Source: Sminthopsis crassicaudata
Taxonomy: Eukaryota
Direction: 5' to 3'
Length of the DNA: 64,000 nucleotides
Assembly (NCBI RefSeq): GCF_048593235.1
Contig: NC_133621.1
Coordinates: 15,168,525 to 15,232,524, forward strand
Below are positions 44,238 to 56,026 of the stretch, one piece after another; the first letter of the stretch is position 1; each line of letters starts with the position of its first letter. Both the position numbers and the translations under genes were made by a program. Below the pieces are notes generated by a model, which did not search any database, was not told the origin of the DNA, and saw only the letters and a program-made list of their open reading frames with translations.

Positions 44238-46770
44238 GAAGGCCTGTTAATTTCTAGACACCTCCCAGCCTCAGAACACAAAGGGTAAATAGGAACATTT
44301 ACCTTATAGGATGATAATCTGCCATAACAGACTGCAACCAGCACTTCTTTTCCACCGAGAGCCTGCATTTTTTTTTTTTTTTTTAGGAGATAGCCAAGAT
44401 TTTCCATCTTTATATATGACCACATTTTTTCCAGGGACATCCTTTGCTCCTCCACAGACTTTTCCAGGAGAATGCCTTTCAGAATTGCTGTTGAATTACA
44501 AAGAAGTATTTATTGTATGAGGTGATTAATGATTCTCGGCAAAATTGCTATTTTCAGCGTGATTTAATTTCGTTTTACAAGTTGGGGGAGGGGAATAAGA
44601 AGTTGAAGCCCAGGTTTAGAGCAACCTAGTGCTTCCAGTTCACATCTTATAAAACACAGTTCACTTCAGGACTTTGGATGACTTCTGGATGTGTTTATTT
44701 GTTCCTCCCTAATTTTTAGTGGCAAGATATATATTTTTTTAATGGCAGAGAAATGGAAGCTGCTCTGAGCAATGAGACTGTTGTCTCATTCTCAGATCTA
44801 TTTCGTTCATAATTAAAGAGCTGGCAGAATTCGCCTTTAACAAATGATAACATGTAAAAGAAACATAGCTTTCCTGCTTTTTAGTTAAATGTATTAATTA
44901 CTGATGGGCAAATGTCTTAAAATGTCTCTGGTCTAATTCTGAAAAGGTTTTCTACCACCATCATCACCCCAGGCCCTGCTCAAACTTTTTCATTAAAAGC
45001 CTATCACTCATTGAACACGCAGACAATTCTAGGATACTCTGATGCTAATGTATTTTTCCTTTCATATTGCAGAGGGAGTTAATCTGAGGAGCATAAGAAA
45101 ATGACTCGGGATTCCTCGCCAGGTTGGATGATTGGTCCCTTCCCCCCTTCTTTTTGTATGTAGCATTCTGATTGTCTTGATCTACAGGCAGTGAAATCAG
45201 GGAAGCACCCCAGAACCCAGAGTTGGCACCCCGGGACTCTCACAATCTTGGGGGCTAACTACTATTGAGAGAATAACCTTTTGTGACATCATCTGCCCAT
45301 CTTTCTGGACCAAAACTTTGGAGGCACATATCTTGGAGAATTTAATTTAACTCTTTTTCAAACAGTCCCCTCTCCCTCCCAAAATCATAAATCAGTATTT
45401 AGCTCACAGAATCTTTAAAAGAGCCAGCTCCCCCCCTCCCCCATCCTGATTCCTAAGATAAGCTTTGTTCGGCAATAAATATCAAAATGATCACTTACTT
45501 TCAAGTGTGATTATGGTTGTGTATGGTTCGGCCAGGGCAAAACAGCTGCTGGGAGCCTTTTCTATATCTAGTCCTATAGCTAGGGAGAAGAAATAAACCT
45601 TGCCAAAGAGCTTCTTTTTCCTTTAAACTTTTCAATCGTCGTTCANNNNNNNNNNNNNNNNNNNNNNNNNNNNNNNNNNNNNNNNNNNNNNNNNNNNNNN
45701 NNNNNNNNNNNNNNNNNNNNNNNNNNNNNNNNNNNNNNNNNNNNNNNNNNNNNNNNNNNNNNNNNNNNNNNNNNNNNNNNNNNNNNNNNNNNNNNNNNNN
45801 NNNNNNNTTCTCTAGGTCAGTATATCTCTATCTCTATCTCACTGCTGTCCATCTCTATCTCTCAAGTCGGAGACTTAAGAAAACGATTTTGGCGAGCAGC
45901 ATTACATTAGACCCAAGACCCCCTTATCTTTCAAACTAGTTGCTTATCCCGATCCAAGGACATATCTTCCTCACCAGAAAGTTTAGGAAACACGAGAACC
46001 AGTTGTTTTAAGCCTTTAATATCATGGTTTGTTGTTGCTGTTTTACAGGATTTATTCTCAGCACTTGGCTCTATATACAGTTACACCAAAACCCACAATT
46101 TACAGTCTCACGTGGATCTAAATGGGCCCCCTCTTGCCAGTTAGAGCTGGGCCAGAGAGTAAGACAACAATAAACCTCTAACAATATTTTAAATAAATGA
46201 GATAAAGAGAAACTAATGTGTCACAAATATCATTAGGGACTATACACCTGGAGACCAATTAAATAACCTTATGACTTTCCAAATGTCCTCTTCCCTTTTC
46301 TGTTCAGTATCAGTTTTTGCAAGCTGCTGGGGGAGAGGGAACACAAGATGGGGGGGGGGGAGGAAGGGCCCGGTTCTTTTGTTTGCACTAGATGTAGGTA
46401 GACATTTCCCGAGAACTGCACAACTCCAGTCACCACTGGATAGGACTTTATTTTTTAAACACTGCATTCAAAGGCGTCCTTAGTTAGGTCCCGAACTTCC
46501 CATCCCAGCTCGGTGAGCATTTCCATAAATAAACACTCGCCCTGGTAGGCCGGCCAGCCTGCTCTAGGGGTCCAGATCCAGGTGACAACCTGTCCTCTGC
46601 CAGAGATCGTGTCTTCTCTCATTCTCGCTCATCTTTATTATTTACAAACGCGCGGTTGGGTGCTGTGTTGGTGTTTATTTTTGGTCCAAACCGAGGGGGA
46701 GGGAGAAAGAGGGGCAGAAGAGAAAAGGCAGAGGCAGGGAGGAGGAAAATGGGCCTGAGGGTGTGGGCGA

Positions 46771-47111
46771 TTATAGCGCGGAGGAGTTGGGTGTGGAGGC
46801 ACCTGGCTGGTGGCGGGGGTGAAGGTGCGGGCCCGGAGTCTGTGCCTTGGAGGACTGGCTGCCCGCGGCCGGAGCCGAGGAGCGCAGCTTCGTGTTGGGC
46901 AGTTTGTGATCCTTCTTCCACTTCATCCTCCGGTTTTGGAACCAGATCTTGACCTGGCGCTCGGAGAGGCAGAGCGTGTGAGCGATCTCGATGCGACGCC
47001 GCCGGGTCAGGTAACGGTTAAAATGAAACTCCTTCTCCAGCTCCAAGACCTGCTGCCTGGTGTAAGCGGTTCGGGAACGTTTGGGTTCCCCTCCATTGTA
47101 ATTGGGGTTGA
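46771..47111 (-). CDS. HOXA4: HOXA4 exon 2 (homeodomain and C-terminus)
   Basis: AG acceptor at 47113-47112. Encodes [78 protein letters not shown] at 46773-46771. Confidence 0.97.
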
Positions 47112-47279
47112 CTGAGCGTGCAGGGCCCAGGAGAAGGCGGAGGAGGAAGAAGAGAAGGAGGAAGAGGAAGAACAGAAGGGGGGGAGCAATTGGACAAGAT
47201 CATTATATAATAACCTGACACCAAGTTCACGTAAGAATACATACGGCAAAGAAAATGTTTCACAGGCTATTGACAACGG

Positions 47280-47430
47280 AAAACAAGCGAGAGCCATAAA
47301 AAATGGTGTTGGGCATTGGGGCTGAAGAAAAGCTTCAAAGACACATGGCCCAGAGCCGCTGCCAGGGCAATTCAATTTATGGGGGCTATAATTACTGCCC
47401 TAACAGTTTGGCGTCTCGTAAATCTCCCGA
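47280..47430. promoter_or_regulatory. HB1-type homeodomain-site cluster in the HOXA4 intron
   Basis: gccataaaa, caattcaatttatggg, tataattac and tcgtaaatct are clustered, as in the conserved PG4 intron element. Confidence 0.65.
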
Positions 47431-47607
47431 TAAAGGGACCCCGGATACAAAAGGTTTCTCACGTTTTGATTAGGTGGCACACACACGCACAGTGACCCCC
47501 CCACCTCCTCTGCCAGGGCAGTAGGTCCCCCTTCCTGCCCCGAGGCCCTCCCAGGCCCCTGCCCCCCCCAGCACCCCCGCCCTCGCTGCGGCCCAGGCGT
47601 CGCTCAC

Positions 47608-48149
47608 CGGTGCTGACATGGATCTTTTTCATCCAGGGGTACACCACGGGCTCCTTGCTGCCCTTCAGGCCGCATAGGCTCTTGTCCGCCAGCAGCAGAG
47701 GGCACCCCGGGGGACTGCCCGCGGCGGCGGGGGCTGCCTCGCTGCGGCGGGGGAGTGCTGGGGGTGGGGGCGCAGGAGGAGCTGGGTGCGGCTGAGGCTG
47801 CGGGGGCGGCAGGACATGGCTGGCCACGAGCAGATTCTGGCCGGCGGGGGCCGGGGGTGGCGGGGGCGGGGGCTGCTCGTGCCGGGGCCGGCCGGGGCTG
47901 GCGCGGCCATAGCCGTACGGGTAGCGGGCGCCGGCTGCGGCGGTCGCGGGGTAGAGGGCGGCGCTGGGCGCGGGAGCGGGGTACCCCGGCTCCGGCCCGG
48001 CCCGCGGCGGGCGGTAGTAGCCCGGGGGCGAGCGGCCGGCCCCCGGGGGCTGCTGCAGGTGCGGGGACGGCGGGGGCTGCGGGGGCTGCGGGGGCGGGGG
48101 GTAGCCTCCCCCGTCGGGGCCGCCGGGCGCCCCGAACTCTTCGCAGGGC
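47608..48149 (-). CDS. HOXA4: HOXA4 exon 1, visible part (start codon lies in the N-gap, predicted near 48202)
   Basis: The frame is open from PCEEF... to KEPVVYPWMKKIHVST. GT donor at 47607-47606, phase 1. Confidence 0.93.
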
Positions 48150-48296
48150 NNNNNNNNNNNNNNNNNNNNNNNNNNNNNNNNNNNNNNNNNNNNNNNNNNN
48201 NNNNNNNNNNNNNNNNNNNNNNNNNNNNNNNNNNNNNNNNNNNNNNNNNNNNNNNNNNNNNNNNNNNNNNNNNNNNNNNNNNNNNNNNNNNNNNNN
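48150..48296. other. Assembly gap over the HOXA4 start codon/5'UTR
   Basis: N run. Confidence 1.
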
Positions 48297-48484
48297 CCCT
48301 CGGGCCCCCCTCCTCCTCTCCTTTCCTCTCCCTCCCCCGTCCCCCAATGCCTCTCCTCCCCCTTCCCGCACCCTCCCCCTTCCCCTCCCCCTCCCCCGGC
48401 GCTGCAGCGGAGGACAAAGTTCGGGCCCCGTCCCCTCCCCCCCATCCGTCCCCCTCAGCACCTTCGGGCCCCCCACCCTCCCCG

Positions 48485-48507
48485 CACGTGACCCGTTGCT
48501 GGCCAAT
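48485..48507. promoter_or_regulatory. E-box plus CCAAT in the HOXA4 promoter
   Basis: CACGTGAC at 48485-48492 and CCAAT at 48503-48507. Confidence 0.65.
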
Positions 48508-50234
48508 GGGGGCACGGCGCGCGCGGGCCCCGGATCAGGAAACTCGGGGTTGGATGATGAATGCCCCAGTCCTAGGCGTGGGGGAGGGAGAGGGGTGAGA
48601 GGGGGCGGTCAACTGGGGTCCTCACCCCGCGCGATTTTATGGGGGGAGGGAGGAGAATGGATGGGGGGCCGCGACCGGTGCAGAACGGTCCTATCTCCCA
48701 CATCCCCAAAACGGTCCTTTTCTCGCAGCCTCCAAGGTCATCGCGCCCCCACCTCCGCCTCCCGTGCACCCTGGTCATAGCTCCCTTCTCCGTCCACACT
48801 TAAGTTCTTCACCAACTCCCCCTCCCCATAAGCAAGGGGTCCCCCCGCCCTCCCCCACAGGCGAGTCCAACCTTTCTTTCCTCACCCAGCCTCTCGCCCC
48901 TGCTCCCTGCCTTACACAAAGGTCCCTCCTGGACCACCAACCCTACGCACCCAGAGGTCCTGGAGCCCTTCCCCAGGCCCAGAGGTGTCGCCATCCTCGT
49001 AGCCTCCCGTGTGGCCTTCCATATAGGAAAGGGACCCTCTTTTCCACACACAGATCTGGTGGCCCTTCTGGCACCTGAGGAGTTTCACCTGGGCCTGTAG
49101 CCCCAGTTCCCTGAGTCATCTTTGTCCTTTCCCAGCTGGAGTCGGGGGAACCTTGACTAATCCGAGGCTGAGAGAAAAGGGAAATCTGGGGCTGGGACTG
49201 GGGGTGGCCTGAGCCCACTGAGGACACGGCCTCCTCCGGATGACCGGGTCTGTGTGTGTTTGGGAAGTGCATGGAAAAAACAGGAAGGATCCCTGCGCTG
49301 GAAGTCCGCAACCCTAACAAGCTCTGCCTTCCCTGCCGAAAGCCGGGAGAGCCAGGCCGGCCGGCTGGGCTGTCTATCTGCCGGTCGGCTCGGGATTGAG
49401 GTCTGCCTCAAGCAGGGGAGGGGATTGGGGGAGAGGCTGAAGCCTACCACAGGGTAATTGAAATTTGATGGTTAAACTAATTACTGCATTATTAACAAAT
49501 AAATTACTTATTAATTCCACCCTGGGTTGATCTTGGAAATAAATACTAAAGCTGCTTTTCTCATGCATACATGGAGGTTTTCTCTTTCCTTCTCTGGATC
49601 AAGCACACACCTTGCTTTCTCCCCCCCCCCCCCACTCCCCACACACACCTCTTCCTCTCTTCTCCAATCCCCTTCTCTTCTCTCCCCTTCTCCTTCTTCC
49701 CTTTCCCTTCTCTCCCCTCACCTTCCCTTTCCTTCTTTTCTCTCCTCTCCCCTCTTCTCCCCTTTCTTTTCCCTCTTTTCTCTTTCTCCCTCCATTTCAT
49801 TTCCTCTCTCCCTTCCTCTCCTCCTCCTCTCCTCACCTGCCTGCCTGACCATCCAGGCAGACCGTTCGATTCACACAGAAATAGAGAACAAACTGGTTGT
49901 TCACAAAGACAAGGCCAGGCCACGATTTTCCAGAAGGAGTCTTTCTCAAAGGGCATTAGGAAGACAAGCTTCCTCCCCCCTTGAGTTTCCAAGGTAGACA
50001 GAGAAAGTTTGAGCCTAAATCCCAGCGACACTTCAGAAGAAATATCATTTTTCTCTCCATTTATATCAGTTAGCACAGGAGTTACTGAATGTTGAAATAT
50101 AGCCATTTGATAGATAGACGTTTAATGCTTAGCCACATAAAGCCTATTATAGTCAACTAATCTTTAAACTAATTTAGGAAAAGAGGCTCAAGAAAAAGAT
50201 CCTTTTGGCTTTTTCTCTAAGATCTCCCAAATCT

Positions 50235-50273
<39 letters not shown>

Positions 50274-52073
50274 AAAAAACCCAAAACCAAAATAAAATCA
50301 AAACAAAGAGCTTTCGAAGCTATTTTCTACTTTGGGCCTGGGATGGGGAGCCAGAAAAGCACAGAGAAATAGGAGGCGAATACAGGCTTGCTCGCCGCGG
50401 GCACGGAAGATTTAAAATAAAAGCAAGGGGATTTATCATACATGTATGTGTGCACGTGTGTATATGTATGTATGTACACACGTGCGTGTATGTGTGTATA
50501 CATATAAAATAACGGTTAATCAAATATCCAGGTTTCCCCGGAAAGCTCTCAAAAAAGCCGCTCCGTGCGTTCTCGGGATGAGCTCTAGCAGTGAAAGGCA
50601 AGCCGGTAAACAGAACCACAGATCCACCCTGCAGAAATAAACCGCGCAATCTTGCATCTTTCCTCTTGTCATCAACTCTGCCTTCTTAGGCTTTTTCTGT
50701 GTCTGTTTATTATGATTTCTCGGCATTAAACCCTAAAATTTGTGTTGTTTAACTGCAGTTTTCTGCGATGCTGCTATTTTTAGAGATTAAAAAAGAAAGC
50801 AGCCCTGTTTTGTGTCTAATCGGCCTAAACTGGCGAGCTGGAGTCTGTTATTCACGTGGCTCTGTTCCTCGGTGGAGATGGGCTTCTTCGGGATCTCCTA
50901 AGGCCTGTAACTTGTCTTGCTGGTTTGCTATCATAAACAAAAACTCGGCCAAGACCACCAAGTGTTATCTCAGACACCGACATTTTGACATTTTAAAGCG
51001 AGATTTATGGCTGCAATAAACAACCTCGGTACCTCTTCTGATCCGACCAGTATCTCCCTTTGCAAAACAGTGCATCATTCAACCAAATTAAGTCACAGAG
51101 AGATAGATTCTAAAAATTAAAACACCTTTTATCCCAAGAAATGTGACACCATAATTAGCCTGGGAAGACATTACTAACCCAACTAATAAAACAACCAAAA
51201 GTTTACCAGCAGTATCTCTCCCGAGAAGAGAATGGAATTCAAGGAAATGAAGCAGAAATGGAGAGGTCTAATCTTCATATACCAACTGGATCCAATTCCA
51301 AGTAGGGAAAAGGGGTTTTCCCTTCTTTGTAAGACATGTAAGCACATCTGCTCATTCCACGTGCTTGGATAAAATATGTGTGCAACAAAAGATTTCTTTA
51401 AATCCCATTAGGTAAAATAACTTTCCATTGAATTCAAGCACCATAAATGGGGATGGGGGGNNNNNNNNNNNNNNNNNNNNNNNNNNNNNNNNNNNNNNNN
51501 NNNNNNNNNNNNNNNNNNNNNNNNNNNNNNNNNNNNNNNNNNNNNNNNNNNNNNNNNNNNNNNNNNNNNNNNNNNNNNNNNNNNNNNNNNNNNNNNNNNN
51601 NNNNNNNNNNNNNNNNNNNNNNNNNNNNNNNNNNNNNNNNNNNNNNNNNNNNNNNNNNNNNNNNNNNNNNNNNNNNNNNNNNNNNNNNNNNNNNNNNNNN
51701 NNNNNNNNNNNNNNNNNNNNNNNNNNNNNNNNNNNNNNNNNNNNNNNNNNNNNNNNNNNNNNNNNNNNNNNNNNNNNNNNNNNNNNNNNNNNNNNNNNNN
51801 NNNNNNNNNNNNNNNNGGGGAATAGGCAGCAAATAGAGAGAAGGAGAGAAAGGAGAACTGCATTTTTAGCCTAGTTTGAATCTGATTTGAATCATTTTGA
51901 ATATATTTGGATCAGCCTTTCCTCTTGAATACAACCCTGTCCCAACTTTCAAAGTGACCGAAAAGTGACACCGTGTGCATTTTGTTTCTTATTAATCTCA
52001 CACATTGACAGTCTTTGTTAAATAACAAGGCGCGCCCTTCACCAGCCGACATTTTCATATTTGTTAGACGCGC

Positions 52074-52090
52074 TGACCTGAAGTTCACCT
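52074..52090 (-). promoter_or_regulatory. HOXA4 5' DR5 RARE
   Basis: Minus strand reads AGGTGA-acttc-AGGTCA, identical to the recalled human/mouse HOXA4 upstream RARE. Confidence 0.85.
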
Positions 52091-55000
52091 CGGCCTTGGA
52101 CTTAGCTGTTCTCAAAGGTCTATACAGTGTCTTTTGGATAGTTGGGTGCTTTGCCCAGGTCACTCCTTCGGAGAAAAAACCAAGGCGGTGAGGGATCACA
52201 GGGAAGTATACACATTATGGAATGGATCGACTGTATTTGTCCTTTGTTCCTTGGAACCAAGATCCCTCTTCCCGTCTCCCTCACCCATCCACATTGTTTA
52301 ATACTGGGTACTGGCAAAGGAGTCCAAGAAACTTTGGGGTTCCAAAAAGAGGGGGTCATATTTTAAGATTGATTAGTCATGACATCCTCCAAAAAAAAAA
52401 AAGTTTCATCAGCAATACGGTTTAAAATATTGAAGCCTTCAGTAGAGATGTATCTAGGGCTATTTGTTTTTGCTGTGCTTTAAAAAAATAAACAAAACCC
52501 AGACATGGGAAGTGTAACTTACATTCAAATTTAAATGAATTTTGACCATCTAAATGATCTATCTACGTGCTGCCTCAGAGTAAAGGAAAATTTTATCTGA
52601 AATGTATAATTGCTGTGAGTTTCTAATTTAAAGAACACCTAAAAGATATTGATAGTCATTGAAATACTCTTAAAAGGGGTGTCACAAACTTTTGATCTAA
52701 AACATGATGAAAACGTGCACTTGAGGACCCATAATTTTGGGGGAGGTCAGGAATAGAGTAGGTTTTCATTTTCTTCCTAGCACTAATCTAGATATGGTCA
52801 AGCAAATGTGCAAGACTGATGCATAACTCGGGCATGAGTCCTTTCCTTGCATCAAGCAGTTACACACTTGACCACAGATTCAAAAGTCAGAATTACACAC
52901 AACTCAGAAAAGTGTGGAATTTCTCCATGAAGAAAGGCCCCACAAGTGAAACCTTTCCTTTGCTTCTCCCAAAATCACAGAGAATGTGGCCAGCTAAAGA
53001 AAGTAAGCCACTTCAGTGGTGCAGTGATTGTCCTGCATGGACCTTCACAGGCATCATTTACATTTGCAGAATAATCAGACCCCTGGATGTAGATTGAGCA
53101 AGATAAATATTTCGTATTTGCTTTTTTCTTTTATCTTCGTGAGCACCTAAAGTCAACTTAGAGAAACTATGCCCCCCAAAAGAGAATCTCACAATGAGTG
53201 CCCAGTGGCATGCAATCCAGATTTTTTTTCTAGCTTGCAAATACAGCTAAGGAACATGAATGAGACTCCCTTGCCTGTATTGGGTACTCAATGTATTCTT
53301 GTTTCCTTTCTTTTCTTTTCTTGCTTTTCCACTGTCCCTCCCTGCCTCATCACCCCTTCTAAATATAACTTTAAGTTTTGCTGAAAATCATATATTTATC
53401 ATATTTTTCTTTTTAACAAGTGAGATTTCGCCATGACTCTTGGGTCCCCTGCTCCAAATGTCCCATTTTCTATAGTCGAGCTATTCTTGTAAAGAGTGGA
53501 AGTTGCCTTACATTTTAAGGCAAACGATAACTTTAGAGTAGGGACTTGGAAGCGGAAATCTAAACAGCACCGAGGGTCTTTTCATCAAGTCTGGGGAACC
53601 CAGAACTTTAAGGAACATTTCTTAAGGGATTTGGCAGAGAGGGGGGTGCTATCTATTTTTCACAGTTCTCTTTCCAGATAGAGCATCTGAATTGAAGGAC
53701 AGTTTGTTTTGTTTTTGTTTTTGTTTTTGTTTTTTTTAATCTGAATATATCGAAGTNNNNNNNNNNNNNNNNNNNNNNNNNNNNNNNNNNNNNNNNNNNN
53801 NNNNNNNNNNNNNNNNNNNNNNNNNNNNNNNNNNNNNNNNNNNNNNNNNNNNNNNNNNNNNNNNNNNNNNNNNNNNNNNNNNNNNNNNNNGGGGGAAAAA
53901 AAAATCTCCCTTGTACCACTTTCCTGTCTTCTGAAGCACGGAGGGGAAGGGGGAGAGCTGCAGGCGAGCATTCGATGCTTACGTTCTTTTCAAAGATAAA
54001 ATAAAATCCGACTTCCAGGAGTTGGGTGCATTTTGGTCCACGACAAAGCCCTGGGGCAGGCGAGCCTTCCTTCCAGGCTGGCAGGCGATTTGGAACTGCA
54101 GCCTATTTACCTGCTGCCTCCGAGGTACCCAGAGTGCCTCAGAATGTGGCCCGATAATTCAAGATGAAATACAGCGCGTATTCCTCTGGAAAAGAGGAAT
54201 TTTCTATCCTTTGCTCAGTAATTGAGGTCATTCAAGCACCAGAGTTCACCTGGAGTCCATAGCATGATACACGCGAAACTCGACGCTATATTTTATCTTT
54301 TGTGTTGATAGCCTGCATCTCGGCTGTAACATTGACATCAGGCTCTGTCTGGGCAGATGACGGAGAGTGGTGCACAACGTAAACTTTTGACCCTCAACTT
54401 TGTGACCCGCAGTTGTAACGCCCTAACCACAAAGATATACAAAAGCGATGCCTCTGATTTCTTTGAGGATGGCGAGGGCGCCCTGTTTGTTTCAATAGTT
54501 CTGCTGTTTCCCCCACCCCCGAAAGTGTATTTGGGGAAAGAGGAAGGATTAAAATATATTTTTCCCCTCTTTCAAGATTGTATTTGCTGTCAAATTCATT
54601 TCCCAACTCTTTCGTCGACGCGGAGGGACTAGATTAACTCCGAGAAGCTCATGATTACATTTGCAAGGGAAATATAGGGTAAGTTGGGGGAACTGAAAAA
54701 AAGCGAAAAGAGAGAAATGAAGAGGGGAAAGTAGTGGCCCGGACTTCCATTCGTCATTTTTCTTTTATTTAAAAATAAAGACCCAACAAACCTAATTGTT
54801 TGGGAAAGCTTGCCTAGGCAAAGGAGTTGACTGTGAACTTGGTCTGAAGCGAGCTCTGCTGGTGATTCCTAGGGTGTGCAGATTTATCTTTTCTGCATTT
54901 ACTTAACCCGGCAGTGAACTGCGCTGGCTGTCATTTGTTTGGCGATGACAGACTTCACCTCAAGCAAGGACTGTTTCACAAAATCGCAATAATTACCCAA

Positions 55001-55944
55001 TAACCTTCATAACAAATATTATTATTGAAAAGAGGGAGGGAGAGGAAAAAGCAGCGGAGAAAGGTGGAGTTCTTGTAAAATACCAAAGGAGGGGACCCTT
55101 CTCCCCATTTTGTGACTTTCTATGGGAGCTTCTGTGCATCCACCATCCTAGGGGCACATCAGAAGAGACTGCACTGGGAGGCCTTTCCTGGATGACTATA
55201 GAAAGCTCCATTGTTGACCAAAAGGAAACCTCCTGTAGATGGTCTAGATTGTCCTCTTTATGGAAGGGCAAGCCAGGAATTACCTATAGCTAGCTCAGCC
55301 ATGAGGTCCACTTAAACTGAAAGGTCTGTTTTCCTCTTTAACACCCTATAATCCACAGTGTGGTGTGTATGTGTATGTATATATATTATATATTCCCTTA
55401 TTATCTGGAAATGGTAATATTTTGAATGACACCAGTGCAAAATACTCTTTCTGATATGAAATACTACTAGTCTTCTCTGAAAGAATACCCACAATGAGGC
55501 ATGCGAAAAGAAGAAAAAAATCAGACTCTTGGCGTGCTGTTTTGAAATAAGCCCATGGAAAACTTAACAACCTATAAGTAAGTGTGACCAGAAGCTTCCT
55601 ATAATGTGTTTATAGTTCAAGGGATATTGTCATTCTTCCGGCTGGAAAAAATCTGGGCCTGGAAATTTAGGTTGTTTTCTCCTTTTACAGGGAAGACATT
55701 TCTGTCCTTCTGTCAGTAGGTGAAGTTAAATATCTTAGTAAAGACAAAAGAACCAAGGCTTTAAAAAGGAAGTTACCTCCTATAAAATAATTCAAATCAA
55801 GAGGGATCAAGAAAAAAAATAGAATAAATAAAATAAAATGAGCAGAGAACCAGATCCTATAGTCTTTACTCTGATCCATTTAAATCTAGGGCAGAAGGGA
55901 GAGAGGAACAGAGACAGACAGATAGATGGTGTGGGGAGAGAGGC

Positions 55945-55952
<8 letters not shown>

Positions 55953-56022
<70 letters not shown>
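55953..56022. repeat. (GA)n microsatellite
   Basis: Perfect run. Confidence 0.95.

Positions 56023-56026
<4 letters not shown>

Noticed and set aside
47604-48780. Several long overlapping ORFs around HOXA4 exon 1
   Set aside because: These are alternative frames of GC-rich coding sequence, inflated by translation through N-gaps.
49443-49460. TACCCTGT on the sense strand about 1.25 kb upstream of HOXA4, the position where miR-10 sits in HOXB and HOXD
   Set aside because: Only 8 nt match. There is no mature miR-10 continuation (AGAACCGAATTTGTG) and no complementary 3' arm, so it cannot be called a miR-10 relic.
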